Shown: one piece after another, positions 17,662 through 27,753 of the stretch
Numbering within the stretch: the stretch's first letter is position 1
Layout of the letters: every line of letters starts with the position of its first letter
The notes under the pieces: generated by a model
Told to the model about the DNA's origin: nothing
What the model saw: only the letters and a program-made list of their open reading frames with translations
Databases searched by the model: none
Position numbers and translations under genes: made by a program
Source: Gemmatimonadales bacterium
Lineage (GTDB): Bacteria > Gemmatimonadota > Gemmatimonadetes > Gemmatimonadales > GWC2-71-9
Length of the DNA: 63,047 bases
Assembly: GCA_013140635.1 (NCBI GenBank)
Contig: JABFSM010000054.1
Span: forward strand, 1 to 63,047
Direction: 5' to 3'

Positions 17662-18864
17662 GTGACCGAGGCACCCCGCCGCTCGGTGCTCGTCACCGAC
17701 GGAAACGAGCGCGCCGCCTTGGCGAGTGTCCGCTCGCTTGGGAAGGCGGGCTTCGAGGTCGGGGTGCTGGCGGATCGTCGCTCGACCCTGGCGGGGGCAT
17801 CGCGGTATGCCGCGCGAAGCCACCTGGCGCCCTCACCCCTCGTCGAACCGGCCGCGTACGCGGACGCCGTTTGCGCCCTGGCCAAGGCGCACGGCTATCG
17901 CGTGGTGCTTCCGATGAGTGAAGCCGCTCACCTAGCGCTCTATCCGGTCGAATTCCGGCTTGCCCCCTGCCGGCTCGCGGCCGCTCCCGCCGACCGCTTT
18001 CAGGCGGTCTGCGACAAAGAGCAGGTCCTGCGGGAAGCGACCGCGCTCGGACTCTCCGTCCCCGCCCAGATCGTGCTTTCCTCGAGGCCGGGCCCCGAGT
18101 GGTCTCTCCCGGTCGACGCCCTGTTCCCGCTGGTGGTCAAGCCGGCCCGCTCGGTCGTCGGCACCACCTCGGCGCGCCGCAAGCTCGCGGTGCTCCACGC
18201 CGCGGACATGAACGAGCTCAAATCGTTGCTCGCGGGGCTGGCGGAGGCCGCCTATCCCGTGCTCCTGCAGCAACGCATTCCCGGGGAGGGCATTGGGGTG
18301 TTCCTGCTTATTTGGGAGGGTCGAGAGCTCGCGAACTTTGCTCACCGGCGTATTCGGGAGAAGCCGCCCGGGGGCGGCGTGAGCGTGGCGCGGGAGAGCG
18401 TGGCCCAGGACCCCGACTTGCTCGACCGGACCCGCGCGCTTTTTGCCCGCTTCGGCTGGAGCGGGCCCGGCATGCTGGAATTCAAGCGGGGCGCCGACGG
18501 AACGCCGTACGTCATGGAAATCAACGGCCGCCTCTGGGGCTCGCTCCAGCTTGCGATCGATGCCGGGGTGGACTTTCCCCGCTTGCTGGTCGAAGCGGTC
18601 CTCGGCGCGGCTCCGGCCCCGCCGCCACGTTATGAGGCCGGCGTCCGGACCCGGTGGTGGTGGGGCGATGTGGACCACCTCATCGCGAGGTTTCGACACC
18701 CGGAAGATGCGCGGCTCTTGCCGGCCGGCACGCCCGGGCCGCTCCGCACGGCGCTGGATGTTCTCCTCGACGGCTTCCGAGGCGCCAAAGGCGAGATCCT
18801 CCGCCTCTCCGATCCCGGGCCTTTCTTTCGGGAGTCGCTCGATTGGTTCCGGAGGGGCCGATGA
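17662..18864 (+). CDS. ATP-grasp domain protein (carboxylate-amine ligase-like)
   Basis: GTG start. Motifs: PLVVKPARSV..., VLLQQRIPGEGIGVFLL, GPGMLEFKRGADGTPYVMEINGRLWGS. Confidence 0.8.
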   Translation: MTEAPRRSVLVTDGNERAALASVRSLGKAGFEVGVLADRRSTLAGASRYAARSHLAPSPLVEPAAYADAVCALAKAHGYRVVLPMSEAAHLALYPVEFRLAPCRLAAAPADRFQAVCDKEQVLREATALGLSVPAQIVLSSRPGPEWSLPVDALFPLVVKPARSVVGTTSARRKLAVLHAADMNELKSLLAGLAEAAYPVLLQQRIPGEGIGVFLLIWEGRELANFAHRRIREKPPGGGVSVARESVAQDPDLLDRTRALFARFGWSGPGMLEFKRGADGTPYVMEINGRLWGSLQLAIDAGVDFPRLLVEAVLGAAPAPPPRYEAGVRTRWWWGDVDHLIARFRHPEDARLLPAGTPGPLRTALDVLLDGFRGAKGEILRLSDPGPFFRESLDWFRRGR

Positions 18865-19979
18865 CGGCTGGCCGCCGGCCGCTTCGCATCGGCATGCTCC
18901 TCGAATCCGACGGGCCCGGCGGCGCCGAGGTGGTCGTCTTCCGGCTTACCCAGGAGCTCCGGCAGCGCGGCCACCATGTGGTGCCGTTCGGCCCGCTGCG
19001 CGGGGTCGGGTGGCTCGGGAAGCTCTTCGATGAGGCCGGGGTGGCCCGGCGCACCCTCGACATCCGCCGCGCGCTTGACCCGGCGGCGGTCTGGTCGCTC
19101 GTCAAGCAGTGCCGCGCCGAGCGGCTCGATGTGCTGCACAGCCACGAATTCGCGATGGCGATCTACGCCACCGCCGCGGCCCGGCTCCATTCGCTGCCCC
19201 ACGTCATCACCATGCACGGCAATCAGCAGATGACAGCGGCCTGGCGCCGCCGGGTGGCGCTTCGCTGGGCGTTCCGGCGGAGTCGCGCCACCGTGGCGGT
19301 ATCGTCCGCCACGAAGGCGCAGCTCGATGCCGACTTGGGGCTGCCCGAGGGCATGGTCCGGGTGATCCGGAACGGGGTGCCGAAGCCTAACGGCAACGCC
19401 GAGGCGGTCCGCCGCGAAGTCGGGGTGGCTCCCGGAGAGATCGTCCTCCTGATGGTCGGCAACATGGACCACCGGAAGGGCCACATGGTGTTGCTGAACG
19501 CGCTCGCGCTGCTGGAGGACCGGGGCCGGCGCTTTCCCTGGCGGCTCCTCGTGGCCGGCGGGCGCGGGGGCGACCAGGAGGCTCCCGTCGCGGAGTTCGT
19601 CGCCGCCCGCGGCTGGGGGGGCCGGGTGAACGTCCTGCTCCAGCGGAGCGACGTCCCCGACCTCCTGGCCGCCGCCGACATCTTCCTGATGCCGTCGCTC
19701 TGGGAGGGGCTGCCCCTTGCCGTGCTGGAGGCGATGCTCGCCGGACGCCCGGTCCTCGCGTCCCGCACGTCCGGTATTCCGGAGGCGATCGAAAGCGGCG
19801 TGGACGGCGTGCTCGTTCCGCCGGGCGATGCCGCGGCCCTCGCCGACGCGCTCGCTCCTCTCCTCGCCGATCCCGCCCGTCGCGCCCTCCTTGGGGACGC
19901 GGCCCGGCGCCGCGCCGAGCGGGAATTCACCATCGAGGTGATGACCGACCACTACGAGCAGATCTATGCCGGCCGGTAA
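18861..19979 (+). CDS. GT4-family glycosyltransferase
   Basis: The ATG at 18861 overlaps the upstream TGA (ATGA). Motifs MLLESDGPGGAEVVV and SLWEGLPLAVLEAMLAGRPVLASRTSGIPEAIESGVDGVLV. Confidence 0.85.
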   Translation: MTAGRRPLRIGMLLESDGPGGAEVVVFRLTQELRQRGHHVVPFGPLRGVGWLGKLFDEAGVARRTLDIRRALDPAAVWSLVKQCRAERLDVLHSHEFAMAIYATAAARLHSLPHVITMHGNQQMTAAWRRRVALRWAFRRSRATVAVSSATKAQLDADLGLPEGMVRVIRNGVPKPNGNAEAVRREVGVAPGEIVLLMVGNMDHRKGHMVLLNALALLEDRGRRFPWRLLVAGGRGGDQEAPVAEFVAARGWGGRVNVLLQRSDVPDLLAAADIFLMPSLWEGLPLAVLEAMLAGRPVLASRTSGIPEAIESGVDGVLVPPGDAAALADALAPLLADPARRALLGDAARRRAEREFTIEVMTDHYEQIYAGR

Positions 19980-21114
19980 GCCGCCGGAGGCGCTGTTATG
20001 CGTGGTACCCTACGAATCGAACGTGGGGTTCGCCTGGAGTTTCATCGAAGGGTTGTATGCACGGCTCGCCGACCGCCTGGCGGGGCAGGGCATCCCGACC
20101 TTCGTCTCCTATCGCCGGATCGATCGACCCCCCACGACGCTCCAGGGCAGTAGTGCCGCGCCGATAGAATTGGACCTGGAGCGCTCTTCGTTCGGGGCGC
20201 TCTGGACGATTCTGCGCGAGCTGCGCCGCCGCCGCATCCGGGTTCTCTACTTGACCGACAGCGCCTCGGTCACGCCGCGCCACTGGTTTTTTCGGCTGGC
20301 CGGAGTGCGCTGGATCGTGGTGCACGATCACACCTCCGGCGCGCGGACCGTGCCCCGCGGCTTCCGGCGCGCGCTCAAGTGGCTCGCGGCGCGGGTGCCG
20401 GGACTTGCCGCGGACCGGGTCCTTGCGGTGAGCGACTATGTGGCCAGGCGGCAGCGTGAGGTGGTGCTCCTTCCCGAGCGGCGTCTCCGTCGAGTCTGGA
20501 ACGGCCTGCCGCTGCCGGCCGAGATCCATGCCCGGGACGCCCGGACTCGGCTCGGGCTTCCCCTATCACCCGACATTGTCGTCTGTGTCTGCCGCGCCGC
20601 GCCGGAGAAAGGGGTGGAGACCCTCTTCCGCGCGTTCGATGCGGTGTGGCGGGAGCGGCCGAGCTCCACGCCCCCATTGCTCATCTACGTGGGAGATGGC
20701 CCGCACCTTCCCGCGCTACTCGCCTGCCGAGAGACGCTTCAGTCGAAGGACGCCATCCAGTGTGTGGGGTACCAGCGTGATGTCGGGGCATACCTCTCCG
20801 CGGCCACAGTTGTGGCGGTGCCCTCGATTTGGGAGGATGCCCTTCCGCTCGGCGTCCTCGAGGCGATGGCCAGGGCGCGACCGGTGGTCGCTTCCACTGT
20901 GGGCGGAATTCCGGAAATGGCGCGGGATGGGCGCGAAGGAGTGCTCGTGCCTGCAGGGAACGTCGAGGCTCTCAGAGGGGCGCTCTGCGCGCTTCTCGAC
21001 GATCCTTCGGGGCGGGAGAGGCTGGGTCGGGCGGGGCGTGAGCGAGTGGCCGAGTCGTTCCGCCCGGAGGATCAGCTCGAGGCGATTCACGAGTCGATTG
21101 CGGCGGGCTTCTAA
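19966..21114 (+). CDS. GT4-family glycosyltransferase
   Basis: Motif: SIWEDALPLGVLEAMARARPVVASTVGGIPEMARDGREGVLV. It overlaps the upstream gene by 14 nt. Confidence 0.85.
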   Translation: MPAGKPPEALLCVVPYESNVGFAWSFIEGLYARLADRLAGQGIPTFVSYRRIDRPPTTLQGSSAAPIELDLERSSFGALWTILRELRRRRIRVLYLTDSASVTPRHWFFRLAGVRWIVVHDHTSGARTVPRGFRRALKWLAARVPGLAADRVLAVSDYVARRQREVVLLPERRLRRVWNGLPLPAEIHARDARTRLGLPLSPDIVVCVCRAAPEKGVETLFRAFDAVWRERPSSTPPLLIYVGDGPHLPALLACRETLQSKDAIQCVGYQRDVGAYLSAATVVAVPSIWEDALPLGVLEAMARARPVVASTVGGIPEMARDGREGVLVPAGNVEALRGALCALLDDPSGRERLGRAGRERVAESFRPEDQLEAIHESIAAGF

Positions 21115-22322
21115 CCGACCTCTGCGCAAATGCCGAGCAAAGCGCGGTTCGTCTCCCGCACGTCGTAGTACTCGAGGACGAACGTCCGGCCGGCGTCGCC
21201 GAGCTCGTCCAGATGCCGGTCGTCCATCGCGAGCAGCCTCTCGTACGCCGAAGCGAGCGCTTCGGCATCCCGGCACGGAATCGAGTAGGGGGCCATGGCG
21301 GGAGGAATCGACTCGGGCAGCCCGCCGTTCTGGGTCGTGATGACCGGCAGCCTCATCAGCATTGCCTCTTGCACCACGCACCCCTGCGTTTCCCTCCACT
21401 GCTCGGTGGGCACACTGGGCAAGATCAGCGCGTCGAACTGATCCATCGCGCGGATCATCTTTCGGCTGGGCTGGTTGGCGAGGAAATGGACGGAATCGGT
21501 CAGCCCAAGCCGATGAGCGGAGGCCTCCAGGTCGTCTCGGCAGGGTCCGTTGCCCATGATGGTCAGCGACACAGACACGGTTGTGCGGGACCGGACGATC
21601 GCCAGCGCCTCGAGGGCGTATTGCAATCCCTTTTCTTCCACGAGCCGCCCGGCGTAGAGCAGGCGGAAGACCCCGCCGGGGCGGCGCGACTTCGGCAGGC
21701 TCGGCGTGTATTCGGCGAGGTTGAAGCCGACCGGAACGATCCGCACCTTCGACTCGCCGCATCCTCTCGCGAGGACTTCCTCCCTGCTGGACCTGGTGTT
21801 GGTGAAAACGACGTCCGCGAGTTCGAACGCCAGGCGGGCATTCGACGAGACCCGCATCGTCGATGACTCGCCGCCGTGGTGATAGAGCGCCACGACGGCC
21901 CTCGGGTAGAGCTCCTTGAGGAAGGGAAGGGTGCAGAGGAGCCAGAAGTCATGCACCAGGAGCACATCGGGCGCGCGCTCGGGGAAGACGAGCGCCTTGC
22001 TGAACGCGCTCAGCCGCGTGCGCAAGGTGTCGGTGACGGCGCCGGCCGCCGTGAGTGCGCGACCCAACATTCGCGGCGCCGAAGCGATCATCCGCCCGGC
22101 AAACCGGGGTGCCTCACGCAATGACTGGGGGAAATAGCGAGTCCGTCCGACGAGACCCAGCTCCTCGATGACCGGATTCACCACCGGCCAGGCTTGGGTG
22201 GCGAGGATGCTGAGGTCGTGCCCATCCCGGACGAACTGCGCCAGCTGCGCGTCGAGGTACGGCCGGTACGGATTGGGATAGGTCTCCGTCGCGACGAAGA
22301 TGCGAATCGGAGGCGCGTTCAT
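21111..22322 (-). CDS. GT4-family glycosyltransferase
   Basis: 403 aa. Motif: RETQGCVVQEAMLMRLPVITTQNGGLPESI. It is convergent with the plus-strand operon, and the stops overlap by 4 nt. Confidence 0.8.
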   Translation of the reverse strand: MNAPPIRIFVATETYPNPYRPYLDAQLAQFVRDGHDLSILATQAWPVVNPVIEELGLVGRTRYFPQSLREAPRFAGRMIASAPRMLGRALTAAGAVTDTLRTRLSAFSKALVFPERAPDVLLVHDFWLLCTLPFLKELYPRAVVALYHHGGESSTMRVSSNARLAFELADVVFTNTRSSREEVLARGCGESKVRIVPVGFNLAEYTPSLPKSRRPGGVFRLLYAGRLVEEKGLQYALEALAIVRSRTTVSVSLTIMGNGPCRDDLEASAHRLGLTDSVHFLANQPSRKMIRAMDQFDALILPSVPTEQWRETQGCVVQEAMLMRLPVITTQNGGLPESIPPAMAPYSIPCRDAEALASAYERLLAMDDRHLDELGDAGRTFVLEYYDVRETNRALLGICAEVG

Positions 22323-23299
22323 TCCACGGTAATCCCGGCAAGTCCGAGCGTCATCCTTCGGGGGGACGCCGACGGCGGACCCTTCGCCTGCACGATTCGC
22401 GGAAGATGGGCCCAGGGCGCCTCATCGAACCGGCACCCCGGCGGCGGGTGCGCCACGTATCCCTCGGCAACGGCAAGGCGTATGCTGGCCGAGAGCCATT
22501 TCGAGGACTTGTAGTTCATGAAGTGAAGATAGGGGACCTCAACCCCATCTCGCACCGAGATGAGCCGCCCATCGGTCCATTCCCATTCCAGGGGGTGCTC
22601 CCAGAACTGCGAACCGTCGTGCCACCGGACGTTGCTGAGCGGCGTGGTGTAGGCTTCCCGTGCGTAGAAGCTGCGGTCAAGCGCAGCATCGAGGCCCAGA
22701 GACCGAACGAAACGGTACCACTTGAAGGCATACCACCGGCCGAACGTGCGCTGCAGCGCGAACAACTCCGTGCTGAATTGAAATTCGTCGTAGCTCACAT
22801 GGTCCGGCCGCTCCAGCTCCATTTGCCAGCCCGACACCGCGAAGCATTTGCGCCGGAACGTCTCGGTGTTGCGCAGCAGGCAGAAGTGTCCCGCTACGCG
22901 CCGGTCATGGGTGGTGATGACATTCGCTCCGCGGCGGACCGGACCTTCGAGAAACCGCTCCAGGTTGCCATAGAGCACGTCCATGTCGCCGAAGCCCCAG
23001 TAACGGGCTCCCTGCAGCTCCTCGGCATGGATTTCCCCGAGAAACGGCTTGAGGTCGGTGAGTTTGTACGCGGGCATCGCGGAGAGATCGATGCCCAGGC
23101 GGTTTCCCGCAAAGCCGGTGTAGTCCTTGAAGGATCGGCGCTCGACGCCAACGTTTGGCGGGAGATGGTGGGGAGTCGGGTCGTCGGTGTAAATCAGCCA
23201 GCGAATCGTGGGGTTCCGCTCACAGGTGGCCAGGAACAGCGGAAACCACTCGGGAAGACTCCCGAAATAGGGCAGGATGATACAGGCTGTCGGTGGCAA
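22319..23299 (-). CDS. Uncharacterised glycosyltransferase-like protein (family typical of capsule/EPS loci)
   Basis: 326 aa. The N-terminal IILPYFGSLPEWFPLFLATCERNPTIRWLIYTDD signature and WGFGDMDVLYG resemble a DUF-type putative GT family. The assignment is from memory only. Confidence 0.55.
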   Translation of the reverse strand: MPPTACIILPYFGSLPEWFPLFLATCERNPTIRWLIYTDDPTPHHLPPNVGVERRSFKDYTGFAGNRLGIDLSAMPAYKLTDLKPFLGEIHAEELQGARYWGFGDMDVLYGNLERFLEGPVRRGANVITTHDRRVAGHFCLLRNTETFRRKCFAVSGWQMELERPDHVSYDEFQFSTELFALQRTFGRWYAFKWYRFVRSLGLDAALDRSFYAREAYTTPLSNVRWHDGSQFWEHPLEWEWTDGRLISVRDGVEVPYLHFMNYKSSKWLSASIRLAVAEGYVAHPPPGCRFDEAPWAHLPRIVQAKGPPSASPRRMTLGLAGITVE

Positions 23300-23326
23300 C
23301 GGCGGTCCGTCGATGGTCCGGGCGGC

Positions 23327-24190
23327 CTACGGGCCGGCCGCAGCGTCAGCGGCGGGTGACGCCGCGCCGTAGCCGAACAGCACATGCTCGGTGGGAAGGG
23401 CTCGCCAGGCGCCCGGCGGGAGCTTTCCCTGTCGCACAAGTTGGCGCGCCTTCATCCACCCGCGAACGCCATGAAACCGGAGTGCATCGCGGGCCGCCAC
23501 GAAGAGCTTCGAGCGCCGGAGCCGAGCGAAGGGAAGCTGTTCCATCGGCTTCGACCAGCCGGTCACGTAGGATTGGTAGTGTTGCTCGTTGAGCCAGCTG
23601 CCTTTCGGCCCGACTATCGCTCGAAATCGAACCGGGTACGGGTATTTGCTATAGACGTCGATCTCGTGAGCGATCGGGAACGCATGCTCGAGCCGCCGGC
23701 GGGCTGCCTCCCGCGTGATCATGTACGAGTAGCATCCCCAAGGCCCCCCCGAAAGCCGATAGGCCCGAAAGGTCTCGTTGATGATGAATGGGGAGCCTGC
23801 GTCGTAGAAGACCTGCCCGTCCGAGTTCATCCAGTCGCAGTTGAGGTAGCAGTAGTCCCAGTCGGCGTTCTCGATGCCGCGTTGCAGGACTCGGACGAAC
23901 CGAGGGTCCGGCCGCGCGTCGTCTTCAACAACCAGGCCGTGGGGTTTCCCGGTCTTGAGGAACTGCTCATAGGTCCGTATGTGGGACATGTAACAACCGA
24001 TATGCCCCAACGGGAGCTCGACACCGGGCGCGACCACCCGAACCAGCTCCTCCTTCGAAAGCGCGGAACCGTCCACGCCCTCAATGAGCTCGAACTCGGC
24101 GCCGATGTGCCGAAGGTGGCGAGTGGCGGCCTTACGGCGCTCCGCCGCCCTGGCAAGGCTGATGAGGAATACGGGTATGGCCTGGCCCAA
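23327..24190 (-). CDS. GT25-family glycosyltransferase (LPS/EPS beta-glycosyltransferase-like)
   Basis: Motif: IPVFLISLARAAERRKAATRHLRHIGAEFELIEGVDG. 287 aa. Confidence 0.75.
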   Translation of the reverse strand: MGQAIPVFLISLARAAERRKAATRHLRHIGAEFELIEGVDGSALSKEELVRVVAPGVELPLGHIGCYMSHIRTYEQFLKTGKPHGLVVEDDARPDPRFVRVLQRGIENADWDYCYLNCDWMNSDGQVFYDAGSPFIINETFRAYRLSGGPWGCYSYMITREAARRRLEHAFPIAHEIDVYSKYPYPVRFRAIVGPKGSWLNEQHYQSYVTGWSKPMEQLPFARLRRSKLFVAARDALRFHGVRGWMKARQLVRQGKLPPGAWRALPTEHVLFGYGAASPAADAAAGP

Positions 24191-24209
24191 GCACTACCTC
24201 CCTTCGGAC

Positions 24210-25400
24210 TTATCCGCCCAGCACTTCGTCGTAGACCGCCGCCGTTGCGTTGGCGTTGTTCGAAATGTCGAACCCCTGTGCCCGTTCTTCCGCCGCCCGT
24301 CCGATGGCGGCGCGAAAGCCCCCGTCTTCCGCGAGCCGGGCCAAATGCGCGGCCAGCTCCGCCGGGCGGGCGGGGTGAAAGAGGAGCCCCGAGCCTTCCG
24401 ACACGATTTCCGCCGGTCCGCCAAGCTCGGACGCCACGATCGGCTTTCCGAGCGCCATCGCTTCCACCACGACGAGGCCGAACGGTTCCGGGAAAGTCGA
24501 AGCATGGACGATGGCGTCGGCGGCCAGCATGAGATCCGGGATATCCCGACGTTCACCGAGAAAGACGAGGCGATCGGCAAGCCCGGCCTCGGCGATCCGC
24601 CGATCGAGCTCGGCCCGATAGCCGGCCGCATAGGAGGGCGTTGCCCCGGCAAACCGGACTTGAGTACGCGCCCGGATGCTTTCGGGGAGCGCGATCACCG
24701 CCTCGACCAAGACGTGCTGTCCCTTCCAGTCTTTGATATTGCCGGGCATCAACACGAAAAAATCATCTGGCCGCAGGCCGAGCCGCTGACGGGTGAGCTC
24801 GGGAGGGGTGGTGGCGCGGGCGCGGAATTCCTTGATGTTCGTGCCAAGGTGGATCACCCGGATGAGCTCCTCGGGGATGTCGCACTCGACCAGCCGCGAG
24901 GCGATATGCTGGCTGATGGCTATGACTCGGTCGAACCGGCCGGTCAGCCAACGCCGAAAGGCGGCCTCGTCTCGCCCGGCATCTCCCATGGCCGTCACGA
25001 GGCAGGGGCAGCCATGCCACTTGGCCGCCGGCAGCCAGTCGTCGCATCCGACCCGGGGCGAGTTGTTCAAATGCAGCAGGTCGATTCGGAGGTCGGCGAG
25101 CGCCCGGCGCCGCGACACCACCGCGCGCAGCATCTTGAGGGCGCGTTCCGGGATGGACCCCGATTCGTTGACACGGTTTTCGTACGACCGCACCGTCTCG
25201 AAGAGATGCGTCTCCACGCCGGCGGCGCGAAGGGCGGGCACGAATCGGTTGTCTTCGTAGAACATCACGACCGGCTCGTAGCGGGTCCGATCGAGATGCA
25301 CGGCGAGGTCGTACAAGGCCTGATACGATCCGCCGACGGTCCCATCCTCGTTCGCCTCGACGAAGAGAATTCGACGGGGCCGCGGCGCCGCCGTCGTCAC
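24210..25400 (-). CDS. GT4-family glycosyltransferase
   Basis: It lies in frame within listed ORF 24210..25907. I chose the GTG at 25400, which overlaps the Wzt stop (GTGA). Motifs RRILFVEANEDGTVGGS and STFPEPFGLVVVEAMALGKPIVASELGGPAEIV. Confidence 0.8.
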   Translation of the reverse strand: MTTAAPRPRRILFVEANEDGTVGGSYQALYDLAVHLDRTRYEPVVMFYEDNRFVPALRAAGVETHLFETVRSYENRVNESGSIPERALKMLRAVVSRRRALADLRIDLLHLNNSPRVGCDDWLPAAKWHGCPCLVTAMGDAGRDEAAFRRWLTGRFDRVIAISQHIASRLVECDIPEELIRVIHLGTNIKEFRARATTPPELTRQRLGLRPDDFFVLMPGNIKDWKGQHVLVEAVIALPESIRARTQVRFAGATPSYAAGYRAELDRRIAEAGLADRLVFLGERRDIPDLMLAADAIVHASTFPEPFGLVVVEAMALGKPIVASELGGPAEIVSEGSGLLFHPARPAELAAHLARLAEDGGFRAAIGRAAEERAQGFDISNNANATAAVYDEVLGG

Positions 25401-26638
25401 GACCGCCAGACCGCGCCTATGGGCGTTTCGGAGCCGCTCACGCCGCGGGCCGTGGTCGGCTTGAACTCCGCGTTCAGATTCACGTTGCCGAAAAACGGGG
25501 TCGACTCTCGCACGGGAACGAAGGCACTCGGGCCGTTGGCGGCGAACTGCTGCGCCAACACGTCGAAACTGCAGGTCTCGATCGTATAGGCGCCTGGGGG
25601 CAAGTTCATCTGGAGAGAGAGCCGGACCTCGAACGGTCCGCTCTCCGGAAGCGCGACCCCGGCCCGCTTGGTACTGGTGGCGAAGATGACCTTGCCGGTG
25701 CCCGGTTCTTCGATCCTCACGTCGACCGGATCGAGGTGCGGGGGCACTCCTTCCGGCGCGATGGTGCCGCGGATCGTGAGGTTGATGCGTTCGCCGGTCA
25801 CCACGCCGTCGCGCTCCGCCAGGAGGATCTGCTCGATATGCACCGGGCACGATCCGTTGCCGGCCGTCGTCCGGTCCACGTTCAGGTTGAGGTACGCCGA
25901 AACGCACTCCGTCGGCGAACCCTGCTGGACCATCGCGCCGCGGTTGAGCAGCAGCGCCTTGGTGCAGAGCTCCGTCACGCGCTCCAGCTGGTGCGAGACG
26001 ATGACCACCGGAATACTGCTCCGAATCATCTGGCGGAGCCGCTCGAAGGCGCGCTGCTGGAAGCGGAAGTCGCCCACCGCCAGGACCTCGTCGATGATCA
26101 GGACTTCCGGCTCCAGATGGGCGGCGATCGAGAAGCCCAAGCGAGCGTTCATGCCGCTCGAATACCGCTTGACGGGGGTGTCGATGAAGTCTTCCAGCTC
26201 CGCGAAGCCGACGATGTCGTCGAAGCGGCGCTTGATGTCGGCTTGGCGCATGCCCATGATGGCGCCCTGCAGCGCGACGTTTTCCCGGCCGGTCAAGTCC
26301 GGATGGAAACCCGCGGCGATTTCGATGAGGGCTCCGATCCGTCCACGCACCTCGGCCTGGCCCCTCGTCGGACGGATGATCTTGGTCAGCGTCTTGAGGA
26401 CGGTGGACTTGCCGGCCCCGTTCGGACCGATGATGCCCAGCGCCTCGCCGGGCTCGACCGAAAAGCTCAAGTCGCTGAGCGCCCAGAAGTCTCCCGTGGC
26501 CATCTCGTCTGCCGGCCGGCGCCTGCGGAAGAGGCGGCCGCCGAGCGCCGGGATGAGATCGCGCAGGCTGTCATGCACCTGGCCGCGCCGGAACCTCTTC
26601 CAGACATGGTCGAATTGCACCCGGGGGGTGTGGTTCAT
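25397..26638 (-). CDS. wzt: Polysaccharide ABC-exporter ATP-binding protein (Wzt type) with a C-terminal glycan-binding-like domain
   Basis: ATG at 26638 (MNHTPRVQF). Walker A GPNGAGKST, signature YSSGMNARL, Walker B LIIDEVLAVGD. A ~170-aa beta-rich C-terminal extension follows the NBD. Confidence 0.85.
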   Translation of the reverse strand: MNHTPRVQFDHVWKRFRRGQVHDSLRDLIPALGGRLFRRRRPADEMATGDFWALSDLSFSVEPGEALGIIGPNGAGKSTVLKTLTKIIRPTRGQAEVRGRIGALIEIAAGFHPDLTGRENVALQGAIMGMRQADIKRRFDDIVGFAELEDFIDTPVKRYSSGMNARLGFSIAAHLEPEVLIIDEVLAVGDFRFQQRAFERLRQMIRSSIPVVIVSHQLERVTELCTKALLLNRGAMVQQGSPTECVSAYLNLNVDRTTAGNGSCPVHIEQILLAERDGVVTGERINLTIRGTIAPEGVPPHLDPVDVRIEEPGTGKVIFATSTKRAGVALPESGPFEVRLSLQMNLPPGAYTIETCSFDVLAQQFAANGPSAFVPVRESTPFFGNVNLNAEFKPTTARGVSGSETPIGAVWRS

Positions 26639-26646
26639 CGGCAGGC

Positions 26647-27564
26647 TCACAAGTACTCGGCGAACAGGAATTCGAGCCGGTGAAAGAGCACCGCGCTCGC
26701 CGTGAGCAGGACCGCGGCCGCTCCAAATCCGTAGACGAGATACCACGGCTGCCAGATGATCGTTTCCACCCCGGACGCGGCGACCGTCGCGATCGGGGAA
26801 AGTAAGTTATGCCCCTCGATAACCGCTAGGCGCAGCCCCTCCAAAAACGGAGCCAGGGGATTCAACATGAGGAGCGTGGCGAACTTCGGCCCCCCCATGC
26901 CGGCGTCGAAAAAGACCGGAGTGAAGAAGATCCCGAAGGTGAGCATGATCTGCACCAGGTACTTGACGTCTCGCAGAAACAGATTGGCGCAGGACAAGAG
27001 CAGGCACATCGCGGCCGTGAAGGTGACGATGCCCAGGAGGAGGAACGGCAGCCAGACGAGCCCGGTGAGCGAAACCGACCCGGTCACGACGAGCAGCACG
27101 CTCACAACCCCGAGCGAGATCGCCGAGTCGAAGCACTGCGCCAGCATCGACGACAGCGGAAGGACCTCACGGGGAAAGTAGACCTTGCCGACGAGATTCA
27201 TGTTGCCGCTCAGACTGACCACGGCAAAGCCGATGCTCCCGACAAAGAACGACCAGGGAACCGCCTTGAGGGCGGTTCCGGCGACGTCGTTGAGCGTTAC
27301 CCCTCCCCCCGCCCGGGACAGGGCCAGGCGGACGACCACTCCGGCTGTTACGATGAGCATCGGCATGAGAATCGCCCACGCCACTCCCATCACGGCCTGC
27401 TTGTAGCGAACCCTGATGTCTCGCAGCGTCAGTTGCAGGAGCAGTTCTCGATGGCTCACCAGGTCGTGAACGATCTCGCGGAGGTCCGCCAGTGCGGTGA
27501 ACCTGGACGAGGGGGGCACAGCAGAGAGGTTTGGTTCCCCCTGGGCGCTCACGGTGTTTGACAT
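26647..27564 (-). CDS. wzm: ABC-2 type polysaccharide exporter permease (Wzm type)
   Basis: Motif: HRELLLQLTLRDIRVRYKQAVMGVAWAILMP, plus six hydrophobic helices. The start is ambiguous: ATG at 27564 preferred, with upstream in-frame starts at 27591 and 27615. Confidence 0.8.
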   Translation of the reverse strand: MSNTVSAQGEPNLSAVPPSSRFTALADLREIVHDLVSHRELLLQLTLRDIRVRYKQAVMGVAWAILMPMLIVTAGVVVRLALSRAGGGVTLNDVAGTALKAVPWSFFVGSIGFAVVSLSGNMNLVGKVYFPREVLPLSSMLAQCFDSAISLGVVSVLLVVTGSVSLTGLVWLPFLLLGIVTFTAAMCLLLSCANLFLRDVKYLVQIMLTFGIFFTPVFFDAGMGGPKFATLLMLNPLAPFLEGLRLAVIEGHNLLSPIATVAASGVETIIWQPWYLVYGFGAAAVLLTASAVLFHRLEFLFAEYL

Positions 27565-27580
27565 ATTCTGTTGTGGCAAA

Positions 27581-27595
27581 GCAAGATACATGCCG
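27581..27595 (-). promoter_or_regulatory. Candidate sigma-54 promoter facing wzm-wzt
   Basis: The minus strand reads CGGCAT-GTATC-TTGCT. The predicted TSS lies only ~5 nt before the ATG at 27564, so either the mRNA is nearly leaderless or a downstream GTG is the true start. Confidence 0.4.
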
Positions 27596-27683
27596 TTGAT
27601 TGCAGCGATTTGCACTCAATAATCGGGTCCCGGGTAGGGTCGAATTCTCGGGGATTTCCCCCGGGATGGCCCTGCCGGCCATT

Positions 27684-27699
27684 GGGCAGGAATCCTGCA
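27684..27699 (+). promoter_or_regulatory. Candidate sigma-54 promoter facing the methyltransferase gene
   Basis: gGGCAG-GAATC-CTGCA, with GG at 27685-86 and GC at 27697-98. It lies 55 nt upstream of the ATG at 27754. Confidence 0.4.
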
Positions 27700-27753
27700 A
27701 AGGCGCGGACTATTGCATCGGACTCAAATACCCCCATTCACCGGGTGAATGTG